Positions 1-10,695 of a stretch of DNA of 64,000 nt are shown in pieces. Location: assembly GCA_963827235.1 (NCBI GenBank), contig CAWHAE010000010.1:448001-512000 (forward strand), read 5' to 3'. How positions within the stretch are numbered: the first letter of the stretch is position 1; the number at the start of each line of letters is the position of its first letter. The translations under genes and the position numbers were made by a program. Source of the DNA: an uncultured bacterium (GTDB lineage: Bacteria; Chloroflexota; UBA5177; JANWHV01). The notes beneath the pieces are model-generated. The model did no database searches, was not told the DNA's origin, and saw only the letters and a program-made list of their open reading frames with translations.

Positions 1-625
1 TCGCCGCCCCCGTGCGTACGATGGCCAATGCTTCGCGGAGAAGGGCATATTGCAGCCGGTTGCCGATGAAGCCGGCGATCTCCTTCCGGATCACGATTGG
101 CTCCTGTCCGATAGCGCGCAGAAGCGAGACTGCCCGGGACACGACGCCGGCGCTAGTGTAGGGGCCCGGCACGACCTCAACCAACGGGATGGCATATGCC
201 GGGTTCCAGAAATGCGCGACAAGGAAGCGGTCGGGGTCGCGCATGCCGCGTGCAAGTGCCGAGGGCATGAGGCCGGACGTGTTGCTTGCCACGATTGCGG
301 ACCGATCAAGCAGCGTCTCCAGCGTCCCGTACACCTCTCGCTTGACGTCCATACGCTCGGGCACCGCTTCCAGCACGAACGTGCAGGCTGCCAGGTCCGC
401 CAGGGTGCGCGTGGCGGTTACGCGCGAAGGCAGCGCAGCCGCGCTCGCTTCGGCGAGCAGTCCGGCCTCGAGCAGCTCGGCGGCGATGCGCCGCAGGTCC
501 GGCTGAAGCGCGTCGAGCCTATCGCCGTCGGCGTCGTGTACGGTTACCGGTACCGCCGCCGCTGCGAACGCAGCTGCGATGCTGGTGCCCATCAGTCCGG
601 ACCCCACGATGCCGATTGTCTCCAT
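1..625 (-). CDS. 3-hydroxyacyl-CoA/3-hydroxybutyryl-CoA dehydrogenase family protein (runs off the window at its 3' end)
   Basis: Not in the ORF track. Manual translation from ATG 625 (GGAGG upstream) gives METIGIVGSGLMGTSIA (Rossmann GxGxxG) ... EAVPERMDVK ... ASNTSGL ... AHFWNP ... PLVEVV, all 3HCDH motifs. Confidence 0.9.
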   Translation of the reverse strand, partial: METIGIVGSGLMGTSIAAAFAAAAVPVTVHDADGDRLDALQPDLRRIAAELLEAGLLAEASAAALPSRVTATRTLADLAACTFVLEAVPERMDVKREVYGTLETLLDRSAIVASNTSGLMPSALARGMRDPDRFLVAHFWNPAYAIPLVEVVPGPYTSAGVVSRAVSLLRAIGQEPIVIRKEIAGFIGNRLQYALLREALAIVRTGAA

Positions 626-1202
626 GTGCTGTGCTGCCTCCCTGTGAACTGCAGCGCCTCGCGGTGAGCCGCATGGGCGTTGCGGGCCGATACGCGACCG
701 CTCTGGAGTCGCGAGCGGGCTCGTCTCGATGCCGTCCCGACATGCACTAAGGGCGTTCAACTGTTCGACGTGGGTTGCGCTCTCATCTACACTGAGCAAC
801 AGGGTATCACGCGTGCGGCGTTATGCCACGGGGCGCAGGACCGATCACCTGTTCTGCAGACATTTACGCAGGTTTGGACTGTTCCCCTCCAGTTTGCCCA
901 CGTTGTGCCGATATTGCTGTAGGGACAGCACGAACATCGGTAGCGTGCAGGCGGGATAACTGGCGGAACGGCAGCTGGGCAGGGAGCTCAGACACTGCGG
1001 TCGGGGTGTACTCACGACGGCGAGCTCAGCATGCTCCGCCCATCCGGCCACGTGCCATCAGTTCCGCCGGCACCTCTCGTCTCGAGAAATGGGGAGCCCG
1101 TTGTGAGTATGAGACGTTTCCAAACGGCGCAACCATCGACGATAATGAGTGGGCCAACCGGGAAGTGCTGCATTTCTGACCGCCGCTAGAGGGACGCTAT
1201 CC

Positions 1203-4200
1203 ATGGTCGCCGGCCATATACGAACTCTTCATCTGCACAGCGCACCCGACGAATTCGGCGGCCTCCAGGACGCTTTAGGCCGCGCCGGGTTCGCCGCGCT
1301 CTGCGTGGGCATCGATTCCCTGGAGCAGATGCGCCTGCGACTTGCCGAGGCTCACTGGGATGCGCTGGTGATCGAAGTATCGCGAGAACATGCCTCTCTC
1401 GCCGAATCGGTCGCTGCCGCGCGCGGCCTCGCTTCCGATCTGCCTATCATTTGTGCCGCCAGCGCACCGACGGTCGACGAGGCCATTGCCGTCATGCGGT
1501 CCGGAGCCGGTGCCTATGTCGACCAGAGTGACCATCCGGCTCTGGTGGCCGCCTTGCTCAGAGAGATCCTGATAGCCGGCAGGGACGCGACTGCGACTGA
1601 TCGTTCGCAGCGCAAGGAGCGATTGCCGTGTCACGATAAGCTCTCCAAGAGAGAGATGCACCAGAGGCTGCGCGGCGCCGAGGACACGGTGCGCACCCTG
1701 TCGCGTGCCGTCGAGCAGAGCCCGGTCAGCGTGGTGATTACCAACCAGGACGGCCTCATCGAGTTTGTCAACCCACGGTTCTGTCAGGTGACGGGCTATA
1801 CGTACGACGAAGTGGTTGGGCTCCGTCCCAGCGTCCTGAAGTCGGGATACACGAGTGACGCCGATTATCGGGTGCTGTGGCAGACGATTACCGTGGGCGG
1901 TACCTGGACGGGCACCTTTCTCAACAAGAAGAAGAACGGCGACCACTACTGGGAACAGGCGAGCATCTCACCGATCCGCGACGAATCCGGCGCGATCACG
2001 CACTTTGTCGCCGTCAAGGAGGATATTACCGAGCGCAAATGGTCCGAGGACGCCCTCAGGTTAAGCGAGGCTCAGTATCGGTTCCTGGCCGAGAACTCCA
2101 CGGACCTGATCAGCCGCCTGACGCCCGAAGGCACGGTCCTGTACGCCTCCCCTGCCTGCAGGTCGGTGCTTGGGTGCGCTTCGGACGAGATGGTGGGGCG
2201 GCCCGTGTGCGACTACTGGCTCCAGGAGGATCTGGGCTTCTCTTCCGAAGCCTCTCCACAGCAGTTTGCCCCACTAGGTGTGGAGACGTTCATCCATCGG
2301 GCCCGGCATCGCGACGGCCACCTGGTGTGGTTGGAGACGACCATGCGCAGCATCTGCGATGCGACCACCGGAAGCGTCATCGAGGTGCAAACCACCTCGC
2401 GAGACGTCACACAGCAACGAAAGGCGGACCTGGAGCGCGAGCGGCTGGCGGCGATCGTGGAATCCTCCTCAGAGTCCATCATCGGGCTCTCGCGATCCGG
2501 GACAATCGTGAACTGGAACAAGGCGGCGACCGATCTCTACGGCTTCGACGCCAAGGAGGCAATCGGACAGCATGTCGGCATCATCGTGCCGCCGGAGCGT
2601 CTCGGCGATCTCGCCGACATCAACCGGCGGATTGAGTCCGGTGCGCACGTGCCGCAGTTCAACACGGTGGTCTTGCACAAGAGCGGCCGGCGTCTCGACG
2701 TGGCCATGACCGTCTCCCCGGTTCTCGATTCCGAGGGGAACCTCATCGGGAGCGCGGGCATGAGCCATGATATCGGCGAAGAGCTGCGCGCCGAATCGGC
2801 GCTACGCAAGAGCGAGGCACAGTACCGCCTGCTGGCTGAGAACTCGACCGACCTGATCGCGCGCTGCGCGATCGACGGCGAGATCCATTATGTCTCGCCG
2901 TCCAGCGAGGCCTTGCTCGGTTACACGCCGGAGTCGGCAATCGGCCGATCAATAACTGAGTACCTGCATCCCGACGACCTTGAGACTCTCGTTCTGTCCG
3001 CCACCGACATCCTCGCCGGGCCCGGCGTGGGTAGCAGGATCCATCGTCTGCGGCGGAAGGATGGCACCTACGGATGGTTCGAGACTACCATCCGCGGTGT
3101 CCGCTCTGGGCCCTCCAGGCTGATCGTGGAGGTGCAGACCGCATCGAGAGACATTTCGGCTCGCAAACAGGCTGAGGACGCGCTGCGCGAGAGCGACGAT
3201 CGCTTTCGTAGAGTTATCGAAACGAGCCCGGTTGGTTTCGCGCTCGTCGAGCCATCGGGACGGCTGGAATCTGTCAACGAGGCCTTCTGCTCCATGTTTG
3301 GGCACCCGCGCGAGGAGCTCATCGATGGATCGTTCGGCATTCTGTTCGCCGGCGACCAGCAGCCGGAGGCCAGGCGGCTGCTCGGCGAGGTCCTGGCAGG
3401 CGCACACGCAGGCCGCGGATTCTGGGATCTGCGACGAAGCGACGGCTCTCCAATCTCCGTGCTGGCCAGCATGACGGCCATAGACGGCGCCGGTGGAGGG
3501 AAGCGGCTGGGTATGTTCTTCATGGACGTGACGGAGAACGAGCAGCTCACCAAGGCGCTGCGCACGTCGGAAGCGCGGCTGCACACCGTAATCGCCCACG
3601 CGCCGATCATGCTGTTTGCTCTGGACAAGGACGGCGTGCTGACTCTCCATGATGGTGGCGCCCGCTTCAGCGTCGAGGCAGATCGCCAGCCGGCGGTCGG
3701 TGAGTCGGTCTTCGACCGCTACGCCGGGCTGCCGGTCCTGCTCGAGACGTGCCGGCGTGGCCTGGCCGGCGAAACGATCTCGACCATGCTCGAGTCGGGC
3801 AGCTCCGCCTTCGAGCTCTGGTGGACTCCGGAAAAGAACGAGCGAGGCGAAGTGACCGGAGGCACCGGACTGGCCGTCGACGTCACGGCGACCGTCCACG
3901 CGCAGCGGGAAGCCGAGCGGGCGCGGGCGGCCGCGGTCGAGCTCGCCCAGCTGCGAACCGACTTCGTCGCCGCCGTGAGTCACGAGCTTCGTACGCCGCT
4001 GACGGCGATTATAGGCTACGGCGAGATGCTGCAGGCTCGCTGGGACGTGCTGAGCGAAAGTGACCGGCTCCAGCGGCTTGGGCGCATCGTGCTTTCCGCG
4101 AATCGCCAGAAACGACTGGTCGAGGATCTGCTGTTGCTCTCGCAGGTCGACGAAGGAATCTCCCCTCCCAAGTCGGCGCCGACCAACGTGGCCGGGATCG

Positions 4201-4631
4201 CCCGCGCCGTGGCAAGTGAGACGCGCACGACCTATGATGACCAGTATGTGGACCTCGACGGAGCCGACGATCTGTTCGCGCTGGCCGATCGGGAACGCGC
4301 GATACAGGTCCTGGCGAGCGTCGCGGACAATGCCGCCAAGTATTCCCCGGAAGGTAGCCCGATTCTCATACGCTGGACCGCCGAAGGAAAGAACGTGGTC
4401 ATTCGCGTCTTCGATGCGGGCTCGGGCATCCCTGATCAAGGACGAGAACGCCTGTTTACCCGTTTCGGCCGCATTCCCGGCAGCAGGATACGGTCGGGCC
4501 ATGTAGGGACCGGCCTGGGCCTCTATATGGGTAAGCGCCTGGCTCGCGCCATGGATGGCGACCTCGACCTGGAGGCGACCGGGCCGGAGGGAAGCGTCTT
4601 CAGGCTCGTGCTTCCGCTTGCCCTGGACTGA
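1203..4631 (+). CDS. Multi-PAS sensor histidine kinase (degenerate N-terminal receiver, about 6 PAS domains, HisKA, HATPase_c)
   Basis: H-box FVAAVSHELRTPL, N-box DNAAKYS, G-boxes DAGSGI and GTGLGL. Repeated PAS starts AVEQSP, LAENSTD (twice), IVESSSE, VIETSP, VIAHAP. ATG 1203 preceded by AGAGGGA; the ORF track starts at 1149. Confidence 0.93.
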   Translation: MVAGHIRTLHLHSAPDEFGGLQDALGRAGFAALCVGIDSLEQMRLRLAEAHWDALVIEVSREHASLAESVAAARGLASDLPIICAASAPTVDEAIAVMRSGAGAYVDQSDHPALVAALLREILIAGRDATATDRSQRKERLPCHDKLSKREMHQRLRGAEDTVRTLSRAVEQSPVSVVITNQDGLIEFVNPRFCQVTGYTYDEVVGLRPSVLKSGYTSDADYRVLWQTITVGGTWTGTFLNKKKNGDHYWEQASISPIRDESGAITHFVAVKEDITERKWSEDALRLSEAQYRFLAENSTDLISRLTPEGTVLYASPACRSVLGCASDEMVGRPVCDYWLQEDLGFSSEASPQQFAPLGVETFIHRARHRDGHLVWLETTMRSICDATTGSVIEVQTTSRDVTQQRKADLERERLAAIVESSSESIIGLSRSGTIVNWNKAATDLYGFDAKEAIGQHVGIIVPPERLGDLADINRRIESGAHVPQFNTVVLHKSGRRLDVAMTVSPVLDSEGNLIGSAGMSHDIGEELRAESALRKSEAQYRLLAENSTDLIARCAIDGEIHYVSPSSEALLGYTPESAIGRSITEYLHPDDLETLVLSATDILAGPGVGSRIHRLRRKDGTYGWFETTIRGVRSGPSRLIVEVQTASRDISARKQAEDALRESDDRFRRVIETSPVGFALVEPSGRLESVNEAFCSMFGHPREELIDGSFGILFAGDQQPEARRLLGEVLAGAHAGRGFWDLRRSDGSPISVLASMTAIDGAGGGKRLGMFFMDVTENEQLTKALRTSEARLHTVIAHAPIMLFALDKDGVLTLHDGGARFSVEADRQPAVGESVFDRYAGLPVLLETCRRGLAGETISTMLESGSSAFELWWTPEKNERGEVTGGTGLAVDVTATVHAQREAERARAAAVELAQLRTDFVAAVSHELRTPLTAIIGYGEMLQARWDVLSESDRLQRLGRIVLSANRQKRLVEDLLLLSQVDEGISPPKSAPTNVAGIARAVASETRTTYDDQYVDLDGADDLFALADRERAIQVLASVADNAAKYSPEGSPILIRWTAEGKNVVIRVFDAGSGIPDQGRERLFTRFGRIPGSRIRSGHVGTGLGLYMGKRLARAMDGDLDLEATGPEGSVFRLVLPLALD

Positions 4632-4695
4632 GCACGGCGCCGTACTGAACATCACGGCTGCCTACTCATGGGCGCGGTTGGCGCACCCGTGCAGT

Positions 4696-5604
4696 TTACT
4701 CGGCGCGCTTGACGGCGTGTCCGCCGAACTGGTTCCGCATCGCGGCCAGCAGCTTATCCGAAAACGGCTCCGGCATACGCGAGCGGAACCGGCGCTCGAG
4801 CGCCTGCGTGATCACGGGAATCGACACGCCCAGGTCGATAGCCTCGGCCACGGTCCATCGCCCTTCGCCCGAGTCCTCGACATATGCCGCGATTCCTTCC
4901 AGATCGGGGTTCTCGGCCAGGGCGCGGGCAGTGAGATCGAGGAGCCAGCTGCGAACGACGCTGCCGAAACGCCAGATCTCGGCGATCTGGCTTGTGTCCA
5001 ACTCGAGCTCGGTCTTGGCTCGCATGAGCTCGAATCCCTCGGCATAGGCCTGCATCAGTCCGTATTCGATGCCGTTGTGCACCATCTTCACGAAATGGCC
5101 CGCGCCACTGGGACCGGTCCGTCCCCAGCCTTTGTCGGGAGCCGGGGCCAGGGTCTCGAAGATCGGAGTGAGCCGGTCGACCGCAGTCTTCTCTCCGCCG
5201 ATCATCATGCTATAGCCTTCGTTGAGGCCCCAGATTCCACCGCTGGTGCCGACGTCAACGAATGCCAGTCCCCGCTGCTCGAGCTCAGCCGCGCGCCGGA
5301 TCGAGTCCTTGTAGTTGCTGTTCCCTCCGTCGACGATCGTGTCTCCCGTCTCGAGCAGGCCGGCCAGAGTGTGGATGGTGTCCTCGGTTGCGCTGCCGGA
5401 CGGGACCATGATCCAGACCGCTCGCGGCGCGGAGAGCAGCCCGACCAGTTCACGGAGCGAAGCGGCCCCCGTGGCTCCCTGCCCTGCCACCGCTTCGACT
5501 GCGGCAGGATTGAAATCGGTCACGACCATCCGGTGACCGCCGCGAAGCAGGCGCGTAGTCATGTTGGCGCCCATCCTGCCGAGCCCAACCATCCCCAGTT
5601 CCAT
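4696..5604 (-). CDS. gnd: Decarboxylating 6-phosphogluconate dehydrogenase (short GntZ/YqeC-type)
   Basis: GLGRMG, DGGNS, DVGTSGG, GAGHFVKMVHNGIEYG, DSGEGRWT, AMRNQFGGH; GGAGG upstream. Confidence 0.96.
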   Translation of the reverse strand: MELGMVGLGRMGANMTTRLLRGGHRMVVTDFNPAAVEAVAGQGATGAASLRELVGLLSAPRAVWIMVPSGSATEDTIHTLAGLLETGDTIVDGGNSNYKDSIRRAAELEQRGLAFVDVGTSGGIWGLNEGYSMMIGGEKTAVDRLTPIFETLAPAPDKGWGRTGPSGAGHFVKMVHNGIEYGLMQAYAEGFELMRAKTELELDTSQIAEIWRFGSVVRSWLLDLTARALAENPDLEGIAAYVEDSGEGRWTVAEAIDLGVSIPVITQALERRFRSRMPEPFSDKLLAAMRNQFGGHAVKRAE

Positions 5605-6070
5605 CGTCCGACCTCCACGATCTCGGCACGCGGCGGTGCCTGCATTCCACGGTTCACGGGCCGGCGCCGGCGCCGCCAGGGCTACAGGCGGTGCCGGAGC
5701 AGGCTTGTCTCCTCGCTCTCAGGATACCGCCGGCAGCACCACGGCATGAGTCTCACCATGACGTTCGTGCGTGATCCGACTTGCACCGTGAAACTGAAGG
5801 CCGTGGCCGGCGATACTGGGACACCGTCAGCCTCGGGACCGCGCAGGCGATGACCTCCCATGTCTTGAGACGCTAGCTGCTGCCCGCATGCCAGGGCCGG
5901 CTCATAGACGTGAACCGGCGAGACCAACACGGCAGCGCATCTCGCCGTACAGGCTTGCGGGGTGCGGCTGCTCGCGCCGCACAGCGGCGATCGGTCGCCA
6001 TGAGCTCAGCGGTCGCCGGCAGCCGCCCACTCGCTCTGGGTGCCAGTTCGTATGCCCGCGGGCGCGACGG

Positions 6071-6076
6071 TATAAT
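6071..6076 (+). promoter_or_regulatory. Putative sigma-70 -10 element (TATAAT) for the DUF3054-DUF47-PiT genes
   Basis: Perfect TATAAT in a GC-rich intergenic region about 190 nt upstream of the DUF3054 gene. Confidence 0.5.
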
Positions 6077-6139
6077 CAGCAGGGTCGCGTTGATGGAGAC
6101 TCTGGGAGGCGTGGTGCGCGCCCCGCAGTTTCTCGAGTG

Positions 6140-6171
6140 GCCTCGGCGGCTGCCGCGGCAGCCGCCGAGGC
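6140..6171. repeat. Perfect 32-bp palindrome
   Basis: GCCTCGGCGGCTGCCGCGGCAGCCGCCGAGGC equals its own reverse complement. Confidence 0.95.
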
Positions 6172-6259
6172 ACGCATGCGCAAGGCACTGAGCCGCGCTT
6201 CGTCGGCTTGGGCCTGGGCCTGGACAAGGAAGACGATTTTGGGAGCAGATCCGGGGCCG

Positions 6260-6691
6260 GTGCAGACCAAGAGCGGACTGGGCGCTCAGGGCCGCCGCCT
6301 CGGGTGGATGTCTCCTATTCTCCTGGGAGGAGACGCTCTGGCCTTCCTGGCCTTTGCCGCGCTGGGCAGAAACCAACACCACGAGGCTTCCGGCGTGCTC
6401 GCCGCCGTCCAGACGGCGTGGCCGTTCATTGCGGGATGGGTGCTAACGGCACCGTTTCAGGGAGTGCTCATGGTGGAGCGAGGCAAACCGCTCGAGGCCG
6501 CGCGTGACGCGCTCCGCTGCTGGCCGATGGCCTGGCTGCTCGCACTGGCGTTCCGCGCCGGCGTGCAACGCAGAGCCGTGCCTGTGAGCTTCGATATCGT
6601 CGCGTTCCTGACGAATTTGGCTCTGCTGGCCTGCTGGAGGGCGGCAGCCTCCGCTGCCTCCGGCCGGAAACGCCGCGGGGACTGCGCATGA
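6260..6691 (+). CDS. DUF3054-like small membrane protein
   Basis: GD..AFL.FA..GR..H ... TAWPFIAGW ... WR pattern with 4 hydrophobic segments. Start uncertain (GTG 6260 or ATG 6308). Confidence 0.75.
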   Translation: MQTKSGLGAQGRRLGWMSPILLGGDALAFLAFAALGRNQHHEASGVLAAVQTAWPFIAGWVLTAPFQGVLMVERGKPLEAARDALRCWPMAWLLALAFRAGVQRRAVPVSFDIVAFLTNLALLACWRAAASAASGRKRRGDCA

Positions 6692-6770
6692 TGTGCGAGG
6701 AGGCCGATATCCGCAACGAAGCCACGCGATCTCTGCTTGAACACTGCTTTGCTACCACGGAGGTTGAGAA

Positions 6771-7391
6771 GTGCGCCTGAGCCTGCTGCCAAAAGAGCGG
6801 GAGTTCTACGTGCTGTTCCAGCGGCACGCGGCGAACATTGTCGTCGCGGCGACGGCGCTCGCGGACATGTTGCGCAACTATGATGGCGTGCGCGCCAAGG
6901 CGGCTCACATCGCCGAGGTCGAGCACGAAGGCGACCGTATCACGCACGAGATCTTCCACAGGCTCAACGTGACGTTCGTCACTCCTATCGAGCGGGAAGA
7001 CATCGTGGCACTTGCCAGCATTATGGATTCCGTCACCGACCTGATCGAAGAGATCGCCGCCATGCTGGTTCTCTACAACGTGCGGGTTCCCAGCGTGTAC
7101 CTGTTGGAGGCGAGCACGTTGCTGGTCACGGCAGTCGAGCAGATTGACCAAGCCGTGCACGGCCTAGAGGAGCTGCGCGGTCTGAACCCGTACGTGATCG
7201 AGATCAACCGCATCGAGAACGAGGGCGACGGGCTCTACCGGAACGCCATCTCGGAGCTTTTCACCAAGGGCGTCTATGAGCCACTCGACGTCATCAAGTG
7301 GAATCATCTCTACGCGCTGATGGAAAAGGCGTTCGACAAGTGCGAGGACGTTGCTAACGTGATCGAAAATCTCGTGATCAAGAACGCGTAG
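6771..7391 (+). CDS. DUF47 / PhoU-like phosphate transport regulator
   Basis: EHEGDRITHEI..RLN.TFVTPIEREDI, ENEGD, DKCEDVANVIE; directly upstream of a PiT gene. Confidence 0.93.
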   Translation: MRLSLLPKEREFYVLFQRHAANIVVAATALADMLRNYDGVRAKAAHIAEVEHEGDRITHEIFHRLNVTFVTPIEREDIVALASIMDSVTDLIEEIAAMLVLYNVRVPSVYLLEASTLLVTAVEQIDQAVHGLEELRGLNPYVIEINRIENEGDGLYRNAISELFTKGVYEPLDVIKWNHLYALMEKAFDKCEDVANVIENLVIKNA

Positions 7392-7396
7392 CGCGG

Positions 7397-8386
7397 ATGG
7401 AGCTCGTGCTGGTCGTCGTCGCGTTGGCCCTCGCATTCGACTTCACCAATGGCTTTCACGACGCGTCGAATGCGATCGCTACCGCGATCGCGACTCGGGC
7501 GCTCTCGCCACGACGCGCGCTTGCCATGGCCGCGGTCATGAACCTAGCCGGCGCATTCTTCAGCACGAAAGTGGCGGCTACCGTGGGTACCGGCGTGATA
7601 CGGCTGCCCGCCACGCACGGTTCAGCTGTCGTGCTCGCTGCCCTTGTCGGGGCAACGTGCTGGAACCTGACCACGTGGTATTTTGGCCTGCCCAGCAGCT
7701 CCTCCCACGCCCTTATCGGGGGCCTGATCGGTGCTACGCTCAGCTCCGGCGGCGGCTCTCGCGTCCTCTGGCACGGCGTGCTGCAAAAGGTCGTGGAGCC
7801 CGGGCTGCTGTCCCCGGCCCTCGGTTTCTGTGTCGGCTTCTGTCTGATGCTGAGTATCTACTGGCTGTTCTTCCGCCGGAAGCCGGCTCAGGTCCGTTGG
7901 CTGTTCCGCAAGCTTCAGCCATACTCCGCGGCATTCCTAGCCTTCAGCCATGGGAGCAACGATGCGCAGAAGACCATGGGCATCATCGGGCTTGCCCTGC
8001 TCAGCGGCGGCTATATCCATTCCTTCTACGTTCCCATCTGGGTCATCATGGCGTCGGCGACCGCGATTGCCGCAGGTACGTACAGCGGCGGTTGGCGCAT
8101 CATCCGGACCATGGGGCGCCGTGTGATCCGGGTAGAGTCGCCGAGCGGATTCTCGACCGAGCTGGCCGCCAGCCTGGTCATACTTGGTGCCTCGCATCTG
8201 GGCTATCCGGTGTCGACGACGCACGTTGTGAACGGCTCGCTCATGGGCTCTGGAGCGACGAAGCGTCTCTCGGCCGTGCGATGGGGCGTGGCGGGGAACA
8301 TCATCACAGCCTGGTTGCTCACCATTCCGCTCGCCGCGCTGGTCGCCCTCGTCGCATATCCCGTGATCTCGGCACTCGGAGCATAG
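7397..8386 (+). CDS. pit: Inorganic phosphate transporter, PiT family
   Basis: NGFHDASNAIAT, GLPSSSSHALIG, HGSNDAQKTMG, PVSTTH signature motifs. Confidence 0.96.
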   Translation: MELVLVVVALALAFDFTNGFHDASNAIATAIATRALSPRRALAMAAVMNLAGAFFSTKVAATVGTGVIRLPATHGSAVVLAALVGATCWNLTTWYFGLPSSSSHALIGGLIGATLSSGGGSRVLWHGVLQKVVEPGLLSPALGFCVGFCLMLSIYWLFFRRKPAQVRWLFRKLQPYSAAFLAFSHGSNDAQKTMGIIGLALLSGGYIHSFYVPIWVIMASATAIAAGTYSGGWRIIRTMGRRVIRVESPSGFSTELAASLVILGASHLGYPVSTTHVVNGSLMGSGATKRLSAVRWGVAGNIITAWLLTIPLAALVALVAYPVISALGA

Positions 8387-8501
8387 AAGCTCCGGAGTAT
8401 CCCATCTCCTGGGTTATCCCGTCTCCAGGTATCTTCAAACATGGCCTCGCGCTTCGTGAGACGATGGCGTATCGGTTTTGACTCAAGGGTGAGGTGAGTG
8501 C

Positions 8502-10454
8502 ATGTCTGAGCAGGCGCCGAAATCGATTGAGACACTGATGCAGGAGCAGCGGAGCTTCGCCCCTCCGGCGGAATTCACACGCAGAGCCAACGTGGCCTCC
8601 CCGCAGATTTACGACGAAGCGGCCGCCGACCCCGAAGGCTTCTGGGCGCGCGAGGCGACGAGGCTGGACTGGTCGGAGCCGTGGCACACCATCCTGGAGT
8701 GGAAGCTGCCATTTGCCCGCTGGTTCCTGGGCGGCAAGCTCAACGTAGCCTACAACTGCGTCGATCGGCACGTTGCCGCTGGCAGGGGCGACAAGGTGGC
8801 GTTCTACTGGGAAGGCGAGCCGGGCGACACGAGGACGATCACGTACAAGGATCTGCTCGACGAGGTGGGACGATGCGCCAACGCGCTGAAGTCCCTGGGA
8901 GTCGAGAAGGGCGATCGCGTGGCCATCTACCTGCCCATGATCCCTGAGCTGCCTATCGCCATGCTGGCGTGCGCCCGGATCGGCGCGCCGCATACCGTGG
9001 TGTTTGCCGGCTTTTCGGCTACCGCTCTTCGCGATCGCATCGTGGACGCGGAAGCCAAAGCCCTGATCACGGCGGACGGGTCGTACCGTCGAGGAAAGGC
9101 CGTGGATCTCAAATCGAGCGCGGACGAGGCTCTGCAGGACACGCCAAGCATCACGCACGCGCTGGTAGTGCGCAGAACCGCTGCCGAGGTGACCATGGTG
9201 CCGGACCGCGACGTGTGGTGGCACGATCTCGTGCCTTCCCAAGATCCGCAGTGCGCTCCAGAGCCGGTGGACAGCGAGCACATGCTCTATCTGCTCTATA
9301 CGAGCGGCACCACGGCAAAGCCTAAGGGCATCATTCACACGAGCGGCGGCTATCTGACCGGCGTGGCCTATACGCACCGGGTGGTGTTCGACATCAAAGA
9401 CGACGACGTGTACTGGTGCGCGGCCGATATCGGCTGGGTCACCGGGCACAGCTACATCGTCTATGGCCCGCTGGCCAACGGCTGCACGAGCGTGCTCTAT
9501 GAAGGCACGCCGGATCATCCGGCGCGGGATCGTTGGTGGTCGATCGTCGAGAAGTACCGCGTGACGATTCTCTATTGCGCGCCCACGGCGATCCGGGCGC
9601 ACATGCGCTGGGGCGCGCAGTGGGCGCAAGGCCACGACCTCAGATCGCTTCGCTTGCTCGGCTCTGTCGGCGAGCCCATCAATCCGGAGGCCTGGATCTG
9701 GTACCACCAGAACGTCGGCGGGGAGAGGGCGCCGATTGTCGACACGTGGTGGCAAACGGAGACCGGCGCGATCATGATCAGCCCGCTGCCCGGCACCACC
9801 TCGACCAAGCCGGGGTCGGCTACGATCCCGCTTCCCGGCGTAAGCGCTGCAGTCGTGGACGAGATGGGCAAGATAGTCTCCGAAGGCGGCGGATATCTCG
9901 TACTCACGAAGCCGTGGCCGTCGATGTTGCGGGGCATCTACAAGGACGCTGAGCGCTACCGCCAAGTGTACTGGAGCCGATTCCAGGGTTACTATTTTGC
10001 CGGGGACGGGGCGCGGATCGATGACGATGGCTACTTCTGGCTGCTCGGCCGTGTCGACGACGTTATGAACGTGTCGGGGCACCGGATCAGCACCATCGAG
10101 GTGGAAAGCGCGCTCGTGGATGACCAGCGGGTAGCCGAGGCAGCAGTGGTCGGTCAGGCCGATCCGCTGACCGGTGAGGCCATATTCGCCTTTGTGACGG
10201 TCAAGGCAGGGATCGAGCCTACGCCGCAGCTGGTACAGGAGCTGCGCGACCACGTGGCAAAGATCATCGGCCCTATCGCTCGGCCCAAGCAGCTCCTGCT
10301 CACGCCCGACCTTCCCAAGACGCGCAGCGGCAAGATCATGCGGCGCCTTCTGCGCGACATCGCCAACGACCGCCAGCTCGGCGACACGACGACACTGGCG
10401 GACGAAGCCGTGGTAGACGCTTTACGCGTGGCCAGTCATAAGGGCGACGGCTGA
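8502..10454 (+). CDS. acs: Acetyl-CoA synthetase
   Basis: [54 protein letters not shown]. Confidence 0.97.
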   Translation: MSEQAPKSIETLMQEQRSFAPPAEFTRRANVASPQIYDEAAADPEGFWAREATRLDWSEPWHTILEWKLPFARWFLGGKLNVAYNCVDRHVAAGRGDKVAFYWEGEPGDTRTITYKDLLDEVGRCANALKSLGVEKGDRVAIYLPMIPELPIAMLACARIGAPHTVVFAGFSATALRDRIVDAEAKALITADGSYRRGKAVDLKSSADEALQDTPSITHALVVRRTAAEVTMVPDRDVWWHDLVPSQDPQCAPEPVDSEHMLYLLYTSGTTAKPKGIIHTSGGYLTGVAYTHRVVFDIKDDDVYWCAADIGWVTGHSYIVYGPLANGCTSVLYEGTPDHPARDRWWSIVEKYRVTILYCAPTAIRAHMRWGAQWAQGHDLRSLRLLGSVGEPINPEAWIWYHQNVGGERAPIVDTWWQTETGAIMISPLPGTTSTKPGSATIPLPGVSAAVVDEMGKIVSEGGGYLVLTKPWPSMLRGIYKDAERYRQVYWSRFQGYYFAGDGARIDDDGYFWLLGRVDDVMNVSGHRISTIEVESALVDDQRVAEAAVVGQADPLTGEAIFAFVTVKAGIEPTPQLVQELRDHVAKIIGPIARPKQLLLTPDLPKTRSGKIMRRLLRDIANDRQLGDTTTLADEAVVDALRVASHKGDG

Positions 10455-10695
10455 GCTACTCGGCACGTGGAGCTCGAATGCGGCCGCACCGGCGCCTCCG
10501 TTCGCGACAGCCTATGTGCTGGACCCTGCCGCATGGGTGCGACTGACGGCGGGTGCAGAATCGCATGCGCGTCCCCGGCGTAGCGCTATCATGAGTGGTG
10601 ACCTGACGGCGATACTCGGCGGCCACGGGGCCCGGAATCAGCGGGCCCCGTGGCCGAGACGATCGTCTGTGAACTGAGAGAGACCGGGGTGTGAG

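Noticed and set aside
50-667. 205-aa plus-strand ORF
   Set aside because: Antisense shadow of the minus-strand 3-hydroxyacyl-CoA dehydrogenase; no motifs.
2949-5853. Long ORFs 2949..4655(-) and 4555..5853(+), and similar ones such as 8319..10253(-), 38556..40478(+), 51009..53345(-)
   Set aside because: Typical high-GC antisense shadows of well-supported genes, with no recognisable domains.
5682-5930. Possible small ORF upstream of gnd
   Set aside because: No convincing start and SD pairing or motif; cannot be supported from the sequence alone.
6727-6760. Possible Pho-box half-site (TTGAACA) upstream of DUF47-PiT
   Set aside because: Single imperfect unit with no 11-bp periodic array like those at pstS.
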